From Candidatus Sumerlaeota bacterium (GTDB lineage: Bacteria > Sumerlaeota > Sumerlaeia > SLMS01 > JAHLLQ01): DNA of 53,335 nt. The first letter of the stretch is position 1; the number at the start of each line of letters is the position of its first letter. Below are positions 8,808 to 18,502 of the stretch, one piece after another. The position numbers and the translations under genes were made by a program. Below the pieces are notes generated by a model. The model ran no database searches. It was not told the origin of the DNA and worked only from the letters and a program-made list of their open reading frames with translations. The stretch covers positions 1-53,335 of the forward strand of contig JAJFLJ010000235.1 of NCBI GenBank assembly GCA_021772755.1, written 5' to 3'.

Positions 8808-9527
8808 TCAGTAGTCCAGGCGCAGGGGGACCTTGTTGTCGATGGCGCGGCGGGCGAGGTCGGTGAAGACGGAGAGGCCGAAGCGCGCGGCGACTTCGAA
8901 GGACCCGTTCTCGGTCGGCAGTTCGTCGCGCCACGCCTTGAGGTCCCAGGGCTGGCCCTTGTACGTCCGGTCGTTGAGCGTCTGCAGCTGCTCCAGAAGC
9001 GCGACGGCCGAGCCGACGTGGATCTGGCGGCCGGTGAGGTCGAGGAACTTGAACGTGAACTCGAATTTCGTGGGGACCCACAACTCGCCCGAGAGAATCT
9101 GGATGTACTCGGTGGTGGAGTAGTCGTTGGCGGCGGACTTCGCGAAGGCGGGGTCGTCGTGCCATTCCGGAGAGACCGACACGGGGGGATCGATCTCGGG
9201 GTGCTCCTCGTGGGCGGCCAGCAGCATCAGCCCGGCATAGCCGTCCCAGTGGGGGCGGTCGGTGAAGTAGGGCGCGTCGGGGGATTCGTTCCAAAGGAGG
9301 GGTTCGGCGATGTTGGAGCCGAGCCCTTCGGTCATGACTTCGCGCCAGGTTTCGACGGACGCGCGAATGTCGCCGGCCTCGAGCCTGCCCTCGTCGTCGC
9401 CGGTTTCGCCTTCCGGATGGACGGCGACGTACTTCAGGCCGTTCTCGCGGGCGTAGCGCTGCGCGAGATTCTCCCAGTCGCCCATGTAGTATCGGAAGAG
9501 CGGTCCGGCGTAGAGATCGAGCGACAT
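8808..9527 (-). CDS. Hypothetical protein
   Basis: MSLDLYAGPLFRYY...VPLRLDY has a globular, acidic composition. ATG 9527 is preceded by AAGGA. The ORF track's upstream extension is a shadow of elbB. Confidence 0.75.
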   Translation of the reverse strand: MSLDLYAGPLFRYYMGDWENLAQRYARENGLKYVAVHPEGETGDDEGRLEAGDIRASVETWREVMTEGLGSNIAEPLLWNESPDAPYFTDRPHWDGYAGLMLLAAHEEHPEIDPPVSVSPEWHDDPAFAKSAANDYSTTEYIQILSGELWVPTKFEFTFKFLDLTGRQIHVGSAVALLEQLQTLNDRTYKGQPWDLKAWRDELPTENGSFEVAARFGLSVFTDLARRAIDNKVPLRLDY

Positions 9528-9562
9528 GGCGGGGCGTCCTTCGGGATTCGGCGGAGCGAACG

Positions 9563-10222
9563 CTACGCCAGGCCGAGCACGGTTTCCACGAGTTTTTCGA
9601 TTCCGGCGGCCACGGAGGCGGGACTGGCGTCGTCGTACATGTAGGCCGGCACGGAAACGATCTTTCGCTTCTCGTCGATGGCGACGCGGTCGACGCTGCA
9701 CTCGACGTGCTTCGCGCCCATCGCGGCGATCGCTCCGGCGACGTCGGCGTCGCAGCCCACGGTGAGTTCCACGCCGTCGCCGACGACTTTCGCGGCGATG
9801 ACGGGGCTGATACAGACGAAGCCGACGGGCTTGCCGGCGGCGAGCATCTCCCCGACCAGGCGCGCGACTTCCGGGTGGACGGTGCAGTCCGCGCCCTTCA
9901 CCGCGAAGTCGCTGAGGTTCTTCGCCGCTCCGTAGCCGCCGGGAAAGACGAGCGCGTCGAGTTCCGCCGCCTTCACGGTCTTGGCGCTCCGAATGCCGCT
10001 CCGGCATATCCGGGCCGATTCGGCGAGGACGTTGCGCGTTTCGCCGGGCGAGACTTCGCCCTTCAGATGGTTGAAGACGTGCATTTGCGCGGCATCCGGC
10101 GCGGCGCAGAGCGCCTTCGCGCCGGCACGGTCGAGGAACAGCAGCGTGAACACGGCTTCCTGGATCTCGGAGCCGTCGAAGACGCCGCATCCCGAGAGCA
10201 TGACACCGACCGTTTTTCCCAT
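9563..10222 (-). CDS. elbB: ElbB-type DJ-1/PfpI family glyoxalase
   Basis: VMLSGCGVFDGSEIQEAV, RNVLAESARI, PGGYGAAKNLSDFA, nucleophile region FVCISP, and PAYM. Confidence 0.92.
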   Translation of the reverse strand: MGKTVGVMLSGCGVFDGSEIQEAVFTLLFLDRAGAKALCAAPDAAQMHVFNHLKGEVSPGETRNVLAESARICRSGIRSAKTVKAAELDALVFPGGYGAAKNLSDFAVKGADCTVHPEVARLVGEMLAAGKPVGFVCISPVIAAKVVGDGVELTVGCDADVAGAIAAMGAKHVECSVDRVAIDEKRKIVSVPAYMYDDASPASVAAGIEKLVETVLGLA

Positions 10223-10259
10223 GATACGCTCCGAATGTGGAATGTGTGCGGGGGCGTGC

Positions 10260-11399
10260 CTATTGCAGCGCGGCGACGGTCGCCCCGACGAGCAGTTCGA
10301 TCTGTTCTTCGGTAAAGCCCGGTCCAAGGGGCAGGGTCACCAGCCGGTCCTCGATGGACTCTAGAACCGGCAGCTTCGGTTCCTCGCGCCAGAGACCGGT
10401 CGTGTGGCGGAGCCGGTGCAGAGGCCGGTAATGCACGCTGGTCTGGACGCCCAGGTTGTTCATGTGGCGGCAGAACCGGTCCCGCGAGTTGCCCGGCGGG
10501 AGAATGGCGGGCAGAAGGTGGTGGCTGCTCTCGGCGTGGTTCGCGGCGGCAAAGGGGAAGCGGAGGGTCGGCGCCTCCTTCGCGAGGCGTTCGCGAATCC
10601 GCGCGGCGATTTCCGCGCGGCGCAGGTTCGAGGCGGGGAGCTTCTTCAACTGCTCGCGACCGATGGCGGCGCGCATGTCGTCCATGCGGAAATTGTGGCC
10701 GGCGACGACGACGTCGTAATCCGTGCGGCGTCCCAGATAGTGGTCGTGGGTGTTGCGCGTCATGCCGTGGTTGCGCATGAGGCGAACGCGTTCGGCGATG
10801 GTGCGCTGGCCGGTGACGATCATGCCCCCCTCGCCGGTGGTCATGTTCTTGTTGCCGAAGAAGGAGAAGACCCCGGCGTCGCCGAAGGTTCCGAGGCACC
10901 GCCCGCCGAGTCTGCCGAGGACGGCGTGGCAGGCGTCCTCGACGATGGGGATGCCGTGGCGCTGGGCGAGACGCAGGATGCCGGGCATGTCCGGCGCGAA
11001 GCCGCCGTAGGGCATGGTGACGATGAGCCTGGTCTGCGAGCTGATCTTGCTTTCCAGGTCGGGGACGGACATCGTGAGGTCGTCCTCGCTGGCGATATCG
11101 ACGAGGATGGGTTTCTCGCCGCGGCGGATCGCGACGTTGAGCGAGGCGACGAAGGTGAGGGCGCACATGGCGACCTCTTCGCCGCGGTTCACGCCGGTGG
11201 CGTCGTAGCAAAGCGCGAGGGCGTCGGTGGCGTTGGCGGTGGCGATGGCGTGGGGGCTGCCGACGGCGTGGGCGAACTCCTGCTCGAAGGCATCGACCTC
11301 CGGCCCCATGGAGAGCCAGCCGCTGCGGAGCACGCGCACGGCGGCCGCCTGCTCCTCTTCGCCGATCGTCAGTGTGGTGAGGGGGACTTTCCAGTGCAT
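10260..11399 (-). CDS. DegT/DnrJ/EryC1/StrS PLP-dependent sugar aminotransferase
   Basis: SGWLSMGP, IVEDACHA, PLP-lysine motif FSFFGNKNMTTGEGG, and GHNFRM. Confidence 0.93.
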   Translation of the reverse strand: MHWKVPLTTLTIGEEEQAAAVRVLRSGWLSMGPEVDAFEQEFAHAVGSPHAIATANATDALALCYDATGVNRGEEVAMCALTFVASLNVAIRRGEKPILVDIASEDDLTMSVPDLESKISSQTRLIVTMPYGGFAPDMPGILRLAQRHGIPIVEDACHAVLGRLGGRCLGTFGDAGVFSFFGNKNMTTGEGGMIVTGQRTIAERVRLMRNHGMTRNTHDHYLGRRTDYDVVVAGHNFRMDDMRAAIGREQLKKLPASNLRRAEIAARIRERLAKEAPTLRFPFAAANHAESSHHLLPAILPPGNSRDRFCRHMNNLGVQTSVHYRPLHRLRHTTGLWREEPKLPVLESIEDRLVTLPLGPGFTEEQIELLVGATVAALQ

Positions 11400-11443
11400 G
11401 GGCGGGCCGTTCGGTGTGAAGCGCCGGCGCCCGGCGGTGCGGG

Positions 11444-12679
11444 CTACTCGGTGCGGAGGGCTTCGATGGGGTCGAGTCTGGCGGCCTTCATGGACGGGTA
11501 AAGACCAAACACGAACCCGATTCCGCCCGCCACCGCGTTGGATACGAGAACGGCCATGGGGGGGACAATGACGATCCAGTCGGCGTAGCTGCCGATCGTG
11601 TAGGCCAGTCCGTAGCCGATGCCGATGCCGATGACGCCGCCCAGCAGGCTGATGATGAGGGATTCGACGATGAACTGGCCGAGGATGTCGTTGCGCGTGG
11701 CTCCCAGGGCGCGGCGGACGCCGATCTCGCGGGTGCGCTGCGTGACGGTGGCGAGCATGATGTTCATGATGCCGATGCCGCCGACGAGCAGGGAGATGGC
11801 GGCGACGAAGATGAGAACGTTGCTGAGGATGGCGCCGGTCTCCTGCTGCTGGCGGATGAGCTCCTCGGGGACGATGATTTCGTAGTCCTGAACGCCGTTG
11901 TGGCGGCGGTGGAGGATACGGCCGACGAGGTCGGCGGTCTCGCGGAGGCTGGCGTCCTCGCCGACCTTGAGGATGATCTCCTCCAGCTTGTCGGCGCGGG
12001 GGTCGCCTCCCGTGCCGAAGCGCTTGAAGAGCGTGTTGATGGGGAGGTAGATGTTCCGGTCGACGTTGCCGACCTTGATGACGGTCTCGCCGCCGGTGCT
12101 GCGGGGGGCGAGGACGCCGATGACGGTGTAGCGCTGGCCGGCGAGCATCATGGTCTTTCCCTGGGGGTCTTCGAGGGGAAAGGCGATGCGGCGGATTTCG
12201 TCGCCGATGACGCAGACCTGGGCCGCGTTCTCGTTGTCGAGATCGGACACGAAGCGGTTCGCGGCCATCTGGTAGCCGACGATGCCGGGCAGGTCCGCGG
12301 AGGTGCCGTAGATTTCGGCGGCGATGGACTTGCCATCGACGAAGACCGGGACGTCGCCCTTCTTGAGGGCGGCGACGTGGGTGACGGGCTCGACGACCGC
12401 GCGGATGGCGTCGATGTCGGCGCGGGTCAGACCGTAGGGGGACTTCTGGGACGCGGACATGGCGTCGGCACCGCGAAGCTCCACTGCGCGCACGCGCACG
12501 GTGTTGGTGCCCAGAGCGGCAAGCTGGCGGTTGAGTTCCTCGGCCGCGCCGGACCCGATGGCGGAGGTGGCGATGACGGCCGCGATGCCGAAGATCACGC
12601 CCATCATCGTGAGCAAAGACCGCATTTTGTGCATTCGGATTTCGGACAGTCCGATGCGAACCGATTCGCCAATGTACAC
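11444..12679 (-). CDS. MacB/FtsX-like ABC transporter permease
   Basis: HKMRSLLTMMGVIFGIAAVI, a periplasmic domain, ISLLVGGIGIMNIMLATVTQRTREIGVRRALGA, and YPSMKAARLDPIEALR. Confidence 0.92.
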   Translation of the reverse strand: MYIGESVRIGLSEIRMHKMRSLLTMMGVIFGIAAVIATSAIGSGAAEELNRQLAALGTNTVRVRAVELRGADAMSASQKSPYGLTRADIDAIRAVVEPVTHVAALKKGDVPVFVDGKSIAAEIYGTSADLPGIVGYQMAANRFVSDLDNENAAQVCVIGDEIRRIAFPLEDPQGKTMMLAGQRYTVIGVLAPRSTGGETVIKVGNVDRNIYLPINTLFKRFGTGGDPRADKLEEIILKVGEDASLRETADLVGRILHRRHNGVQDYEIIVPEELIRQQQETGAILSNVLIFVAAISLLVGGIGIMNIMLATVTQRTREIGVRRALGATRNDILGQFIVESLIISLLGGVIGIGIGYGLAYTIGSYADWIVIVPPMAVLVSNAVAGGIGFVFGLYPSMKAARLDPIEALRTE

Positions 12680-12797
12680 GGTGAGAGGTGTCTCCCTCGC
12701 GGCGGGGTGGGGGCAGTCAGGGGGCCGGGCGGGATAGCGTCAAAGCGAAACGCGCACCGGATCGGCGCGTGACGGGGGATAATCGCGGGGGGCGGCG

Positions 12798-13775
12798 TCA
12801 GCGCAGAGTCCAGACGTCGGGGGGCGGCGGGGGAAGGGGCATTGGCTGGAACGACTGGTCGAGTCCGTAGAGGAGGCGGAACGTGATGGTCTGGGCGCCG
12901 TTGGCGGGCACGGTGGTGGCGACCTCGATGACGGCGCCGATGTCCGAGCCCGCGTCGATCTGGCCGTCGGCGTTCGCATCGCCCTGAACGCGGTTGGCGA
13001 GGTCGGGATGGATGCGGCGGTTCGCGTCGAACCCTGTGGTGGCGAAGTCGCCGGCGGATATCCAGTACCGGGAGGATGCGATGGAGTCGCGGACGGTGGC
13101 CATGACGATGGCTTCCGCAGGGACGGTGGGCGGGACGATCACATCGAAGAGAACGCCCTGGTCGAGATCGACCGGGGCGGGACCGTTGGAGAGACCGATG
13201 AAGCCTCTCGGATTGCCGGGGGCGTAGCCGCTGACGGTGCCCTTGCCGAAGGCGCAGACGTTGTCGTCGAAGGAGCCGTCGATGTAGATGTCGGCGTCGT
13301 ACCAGCAGACGATGCGCACGTCGTGGGAGATGCCGCCGGTATCTGCGAGAGTCAGGGTCCAGTCGGCCTGGGCGATGAACTGGTTGGCGCCGATGACGGG
13401 CTGGGAGAGCTGCACCTGCATGGTGGCGTTCATGTCGGGGCTGCCGGGAAGAGAGATGCCGGTGGTTTCGAAACCCGTGGAGGTCGAGGAGGTGGTGCCG
13501 CCGGTGGCGCGCTGACCGGCATGATGGGACGTTTCGCCGTCGAAGTACGTGACGCCGTCGCCTTCGACGACGGCGAAGAACATCTCCCAAATGGTGTCGC
13601 CGGTGTTGGCGCCGGCGTCGTAGGTGCCCTGGTCGGCGTCGTCGAGCCAGCCGCGTTCGTCGATGTTGTTGATTTCCAGGAAGCCGTTGCCCGCGCCGAC
13701 GGAGAGATCGACCTCCGCCAGGAGGGGAAGACCGGGAAGAAGCAGCGCCAGGGACAGGACCGTGAGTGGCTTCAT
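12798..13775 (-). CDS. Secreted acidic hypothetical protein with Pro-rich linker and C-terminal W-x-L tail
   Basis: GGAGG RBS before ATG 13775; signal peptide MKPLTVLSLALLLPGLPLLA; Asp/Gly/Thr-rich body; ends PMPLPPPPPDVWTLR. Confidence 0.8.
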   Translation of the reverse strand: MKPLTVLSLALLLPGLPLLAEVDLSVGAGNGFLEINNIDERGWLDDADQGTYDAGANTGDTIWEMFFAVVEGDGVTYFDGETSHHAGQRATGGTTSSTSTGFETTGISLPGSPDMNATMQVQLSQPVIGANQFIAQADWTLTLADTGGISHDVRIVCWYDADIYIDGSFDDNVCAFGKGTVSGYAPGNPRGFIGLSNGPAPVDLDQGVLFDVIVPPTVPAEAIVMATVRDSIASSRYWISAGDFATTGFDANRRIHPDLANRVQGDANADGQIDAGSDIGAVIEVATTVPANGAQTITFRLLYGLDQSFQPMPLPPPPPDVWTLR

Positions 13776-13937
13776 CGTGTGCCTCCGCATTGGAGGGCAT
13801 GGAGGGGACTTCGACTATCGACAGACTGATCACGGCGGCGCGGTGGCCAACCCGAAAGTCGCGAAGCGGGGAGTCGGCGCGGCGGAATGCGGTACTCGCT
13901 CCCTCTGTCCGGGCGGAACCGTACCGAAAAGACGACC

Positions 13938-13967
13938 TTGACAGTCGGGGGGTCGTTGTGGCGAACT
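13938..13967 (+). promoter_or_regulatory. Possible sigma70 promoter for the nucleoside kinase gene
   Basis: Perfect -35 TTGACA at 13938-13943. The candidate -10 region (TGTGGCGAACT) is weak. Confidence 0.3.
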
Positions 13968-14031
13968 CTCCGGATTAAGCGGCGGAGGGGCTTCGAGCCC
14001 GGCTCCGCCGGATCAGGGAGCAAGAGCAACG

Positions 14032-15831
14032 ATGACAGCAAGAAAGACCGGCAGGAGCCGGACGATGGAGAAGACGAAGAAGCGCGCCGGTGCGGTGAAG
14101 GCTTCGGGGAACGGAAGGGTCGCGTCCACCGCGGCCGCGAAGTCGAAGAAGACGGCCAGGATGGTGACGATGACGCTGCCGGACGGCCAGAAGGTCCGTG
14201 TCGCGGCGGGAACGACCGCGCAGGAGGTGCTGAAGTCGCTGAAGGCGCCTTCGCCGCACCCCGTGGTGGCGGCGCGGTATCGCAACAAGGTCACGAGTCT
14301 CTCGCGGCCGCTGGACCAGCCGGGTTCGCTCGCGCCGGTTCATCTGGGCACGCGCGACGGCGCGCTGATCGCGCGGCGGAGTCTGACGTTCGTGCTGATC
14401 GCCGCGGTGCAGGAACTCTTTCCCGGCGTGCAGGTGCACATCAACCACTCGCTGGACCACGGCTACTACGCGGAGCTGTACTGCGACGACTACCGCAAGG
14501 AGGCGCCCCTGGGGCTGAGCCCGGCGGACATCGGCGCGATCGAGCGGCGCATGCGGGAAATCGTCGCTGCGGACGAACCGATCGAGCGCACGACGCAGCC
14601 GCTGGACAAGGCGCTGCGCATCTTCGGCGAGGCCGGCATGGGCGAGAAGGTCCGCCTGCTGGAGTACATGGCGCCGAAGGCCGTATCGGTCTACAAGCTG
14701 CGCGGCCACGTGAACCACTTCTACGGGCAGCTGGCGCCCTCGACGGGCGACATGAGGACGTTCGAGCTGGAACAGTTGGAGCCGGGGCTGATCCTGCGCT
14801 TTCCGCGGTCGAACAACCCCGACGAGCTGCCGCCGCGCCAGGACATCGCGCAGATGTCCGGCGTGATGCACGAGTACGAGCGCTGGATGCGGATTCTGCG
14901 GTGGAGGACCGTCGCCCAGCTCAACGACATCATCGCCGGGGGACAGGTGCGCGAGTACGTGCTGATCGCCGAGGCGCTGCACGAGAAGCGGCTTTCGCAG
15001 ATCGCCGACATGATCACGAACCACCCGCGACAGCCGAAGATCGTGCTTCTGGCCGGCCCGTCGTCGTCGGGCAAGACGACGACGATCAAGCGGCTCGCCA
15101 TCCAGCTGCGCGTCAACGGGCACAGGCCGGTCGTCATCGGGCTCGACGACTTCTTCGTGGACCGCGACCGCACGCCGCGCGACGAGCACGGCGACCTGGA
15201 CTTCGAGTCGTTCCACGCCATCGACGTGACGCGCCTGCAGGCGTGCGTGCGGGAGCTGATGAGCGGCCGCAGCACGCGCGTTCCGAAGTTCGACTTCAAG
15301 GCGGGGCGCAGCGTCGAGGGCGAGGAGCTGCGGCTGGAGGAAAACAGCCTCCTGATCCTGGAGGGCATCCACGGTCTGAACGACCAGCTGCTGCCGACGA
15401 TCCCCGACGGCATGAAGTTCAAGATCTACGCGAGCCCGCTGACCCATCTGAACGTGGACGACCACAACCGCATCTCGTCGGCGGACGCGCGCCTGATCCG
15501 GCGAATCGTGCGCGACAACAACTATCGCGGGCACGACGCGCTGGCCACGATCATGCGGTGGCCGTCGGTGCGTCGGGGCGAGGAGCGCAACATCTTCCCG
15601 TACCAGCACTGCGCGGACGCGATCTTCAACTCGGCCCTGCCGTACGAGCTGGCGGCGCTGAGGCAGTTCGCGATCCCCGTGCTGAAGGCGGTGAAGGCAA
15701 GTCATCCGGAGTACGCCGAGGCGGCGCGGCTGATCAAGTTCCTCAGCTACTTCCGCGACATCCGGACGGACTACGTCCCCAGGCACTCGCTGCTGCGGGA
15801 GTTCATCGGGGGGTCCTGCTTCACGTATTAG
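14032..15831 (+). CDS. Nucleoside (uridine) kinase with N-terminal TGS/ThrRS-like domains
   Basis: TGS-like MTLPDGQKVRVAAGTT; ThrRS-editing-like region (HSLDHGYYAEL); P-loop LAGPSSSGKTT; ILEGIHGLN; RLIRRIVRD; NSALPYEL; SLLREFIGGS. Confidence 0.9.
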   Translation: MTARKTGRSRTMEKTKKRAGAVKASGNGRVASTAAAKSKKTARMVTMTLPDGQKVRVAAGTTAQEVLKSLKAPSPHPVVAARYRNKVTSLSRPLDQPGSLAPVHLGTRDGALIARRSLTFVLIAAVQELFPGVQVHINHSLDHGYYAELYCDDYRKEAPLGLSPADIGAIERRMREIVAADEPIERTTQPLDKALRIFGEAGMGEKVRLLEYMAPKAVSVYKLRGHVNHFYGQLAPSTGDMRTFELEQLEPGLILRFPRSNNPDELPPRQDIAQMSGVMHEYERWMRILRWRTVAQLNDIIAGGQVREYVLIAEALHEKRLSQIADMITNHPRQPKIVLLAGPSSSGKTTTIKRLAIQLRVNGHRPVVIGLDDFFVDRDRTPRDEHGDLDFESFHAIDVTRLQACVRELMSGRSTRVPKFDFKAGRSVEGEELRLEENSLLILEGIHGLNDQLLPTIPDGMKFKIYASPLTHLNVDDHNRISSADARLIRRIVRDNNYRGHDALATIMRWPSVRRGEERNIFPYQHCADAIFNSALPYELAALRQFAIPVLKAVKASHPEYAEAARLIKFLSYFRDIRTDYVPRHSLLREFIGGSCFTY

Positions 15832-16739
15832 GAGCGGCCCGCCCGGCGAAGTCCGGCGGCGCGCCACGCGCCGGTCCGGCCAAGGATCAGCCCGAGGACC
15901 AGCCCCACGGCGTGAGCCGTGTTGGCGATCGGGCCGACCACGCCGGTCAGACAGACGAAGAACCAGACGATCATCATGACGACGGTCTGCGAATGCAGGG
16001 CGTAGGGGATCGTCACATCGTGCCGGGCCCGCAGCCACGCGTAGCCGAAGAGCCCGTAGACGACGCCGGACATGCCGCCGAACATCGGTCCGGAGACGAT
16101 GTACTGGGCGATGTTGGAACCCAGCGCGAAGACGAGCACGAGGGCGCCGAACGCGAGGGAGCCGTGGTGGCTCTCGACGGTGCGGCCAAGGTCGGCCAGC
16201 CACATCATGTTGAAGACGATGTGGAGGATTCCGAAGTGCAGAAAGACGGGCGTAAGCAGGCGCCAGACCTGTCCGGCGCGCACCTCGGGAAGGGGCCCCG
16301 CCCCGGGGGATCCGCTGGATGCCCACGGATCGGCGATCATGAAGATCCTCTCGATCGGCAGGAGGTTTCCTTCGAGCTGCAGCAGATAGGTTCCGATGCT
16401 GATGGTCACCAGGCCGACCGTGAGGAAGAACGTCCCGTCGGACGAATTCGACCGGCCCCAGACTTCCGTGCGGACATCGATGCTCTTGTGGCGGCCCTTT
16501 CCGGAGGCGGGCGCCTCGTTCCTCGGCTTCTTCGCCGCGCCGATGAATTCGGACGCCTTGGGATTCGTGACGAATTCCTCGAAAGCGGTCGCCGCAGCGG
16601 CGAGATCGTCGTCGTCGTGAACCCAGATTTCCCACCCACCGTCGCCGGGCTCGACGGTGGAATCGATGTCGCACGAATACAGATAGTCCGAGAAGCGCGC
16701 GGCTTCGGACTTTTCCTTCGTGACGCCGATTCTGCGCAT
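15828..16739 (-). CDS. glpG: Rhomboid intramembrane serine protease with GlpG-like N-terminal domain
   Basis: WRLLTPVFLHF..LHIVFNMMW, catalytic GMSG, and NTAHAVG. GGAGG RBS upstream of ATG 16739. Confidence 0.88.
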   Translation of the reverse strand: MRRIGVTKEKSEAARFSDYLYSCDIDSTVEPGDGGWEIWVHDDDDLAAAATAFEEFVTNPKASEFIGAAKKPRNEAPASGKGRHKSIDVRTEVWGRSNSSDGTFFLTVGLVTISIGTYLLQLEGNLLPIERIFMIADPWASSGSPGAGPLPEVRAGQVWRLLTPVFLHFGILHIVFNMMWLADLGRTVESHHGSLAFGALVLVFALGSNIAQYIVSGPMFGGMSGVVYGLFGYAWLRARHDVTIPYALHSQTVVMMIVWFFVCLTGVVGPIANTAHAVGLVLGLILGRTGAWRAAGLRRAGRS

Positions 16740-16917
16740 GGTCGGTTCCCTCCGCAGGCCCGGCGCCAGTTGCGCCGACCGCAGGCGGCGTGTCGAGCGG
16801 GGCTTTCCCCGCGAGGCGCGGAAATCCGTTGCGGATGGCAGGTCCGCCCCGAACCGTCGCCGCTGGAGTTCGCATTCCGTCGGTCGCGTTCGTGCGATCG
16901 CGTTGGCAGGCGCATGA

Positions 16918-17910
16918 ATGACGCGTGATTCTTCTTCGCCGGCCAGGCCGGACAGCCGTCTGTCCAGGCGGCTGATCCCGCTCGCCGTATCGGCGGCGCT
17001 GCTGGTGGCGCTGTTCTTCAGCGTGGGCACGGCGGGCGTGGGGCGCGTGCTGGCGGCGACGAACGTCTGGTGGTTCGCGGCCGGCGCCTTTCTCTTTCTT
17101 CCGCAAACGTACGCGATCGCGAAGCGGTGGTCGATCATCGCATCGCCCGTCGCGAAGGTTCCGTGGCGCGAGGCGGGGCGGCAGGTCCTGGCGGCGGGGT
17201 GCCTGAACCTGGTGCTGCCGGCGAAGATGGGCGATCTGGCGAAGGGCGTGTTTCTGCACCGCGAGGGGAAATGCACGCTCGGCGACGGGTTGCAGGTCGT
17301 CGTGTTCGAGAAGCTGCTGGACCTGGCGGCGCTGAGCGCCTGGATGCTGGTCGGCTGGGTCTTCGTGCGCAGAACGGACGTCTGGCTGCTGGCGGTGCTG
17401 GCGCTGGGCGCGGCGGTGGTGTGCGGCGTGTGGCTGTTGTACTTCACGAAGGCGGGCCCGGGAATCGCGGCGGCGTTCGTGCCGGCGTTCGCGCGGCGGG
17501 GCAGGCTGGCGAAGGTCGCGCGACTGGTGGAGGAGGCCCCTCGCGTGGCGACGCTGATTCGCGCGCAAGGTGGCCGGCGGCGCGTGCTGGGAGGATGGAG
17601 TCTCTCGATCTGGATGCTGCATCTCCTGCAGATATGGTGCTTCCTGGAGGCTGCCGGAGCGCCCGTGGGGCTTCTGCGGACCCTGGCGGAGATGCCTGCG
17701 GCGATCTTCGCGGGGCTGTTGCCTCTGACGATCGCGGGGATCGGTCTGAGGGACTGGGCCATCGTGGCGATCTTCGCGTCGCCGACTCTGCCTTCGGAAG
17801 TCCTGGTGGCGGCGGGGATTCTGATTTCGCTGCGGTACGTCGTTCCGGCTGCGGCGGGGCTGCTGTTCGCGCCGGCGTACTATTCGATGGCGCGCAGAAA
17901 GAAGGCGTAG
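16918..17910 (+). CDS. Lysylphosphatidylglycerol synthase TM / UPF0104 flippase-like membrane protein
   Basis: NLVLPAKMGDLAK, EKLLD and LPLTIAGIGLRD motifs; multiple TM helices. Confidence 0.85.
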   Translation: MTRDSSSPARPDSRLSRRLIPLAVSAALLVALFFSVGTAGVGRVLAATNVWWFAAGAFLFLPQTYAIAKRWSIIASPVAKVPWREAGRQVLAAGCLNLVLPAKMGDLAKGVFLHREGKCTLGDGLQVVVFEKLLDLAALSAWMLVGWVFVRRTDVWLLAVLALGAAVVCGVWLLYFTKAGPGIAAAFVPAFARRGRLAKVARLVEEAPRVATLIRAQGGRRRVLGGWSLSIWMLHLLQIWCFLEAAGAPVGLLRTLAEMPAAIFAGLLPLTIAGIGLRDWAIVAIFASPTLPSEVLVAAGILISLRYVVPAAAGLLFAPAYYSMARRKKA

Positions 17911-18001
17911 AGTCGGCGCCCGCGAACCGGCCCCACGGTTTCCATTGGCGCGCGGTTCGCCCCGCGATAGGGGTGACTCCGAACCTCAGGGGGAGTTCCG
18001 C

Positions 18002-18499
18002 ATGATCGACTTGAAACCATTCGAAGCGCTCTCGGACTCGGCGACGGTGCGGGTCGTGCCGATTTCGGACGAACTGCCGCCGGACCAGGCTGCGGCGCTG
18101 CTCGCGGTGATCGGCGCGCTGATCGACCAGTGGCGCGAGCGCGGCGTCGTGACCGGCGGAGCCGCGACGTTCGCGGCGGAAGGTCGCTTTCTGATCGCGG
18201 CATGGGACCCCGGCGCGGGCGACCTGTCGGGCTGCACGAAGGACCAGCTGACCCACACGCTGATGGATTTCGAGAGGCGTCTTGGCGTTCCGATGCTGAA
18301 CGCGCCCCGGTTCGCGGTGCGAATCGACGACCGCGTGCGGTTCATGCGCATGCCGGAATTCAAGGAGTTGCGCGCGGCGGGCAGAGTGGCGGCGGACACG
18401 ACCGTGTACGACCATCTGGTAACGACGATGGAGGACTTGCGGGCGGGCCGGTTCGAAACGACGGTGGCGGCAAGCTGGTACGCGCCCGTCGGAGCGTAG
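18002..18499 (+). CDS. Conserved hypothetical protein (S-G-C-x-x-D family)
   Basis: GGGGAG RBS. DLSGCTKD and DTTVYDHLV...SW resemble a family common in Bacteroidota. Ends 3 bp before addB. Confidence 0.7.
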   Translation: MIDLKPFEALSDSATVRVVPISDELPPDQAAALLAVIGALIDQWRERGVVTGGAATFAAEGRFLIAAWDPGAGDLSGCTKDQLTHTLMDFERRLGVPMLNAPRFAVRIDDRVRFMRMPEFKELRAAGRVAADTTVYDHLVTTMEDLRAGRFETTVAASWYAPVGA

Positions 18500-18502
18500 G
18501 CC

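Noticed and set aside
13887-17762. Overlapping ORFs of 644-1215 aa on both strands
   Set aside because: Arg/Pro/Ala-rich shadows of the kinase, rhomboid and flippase genes, with no motifs of their own.
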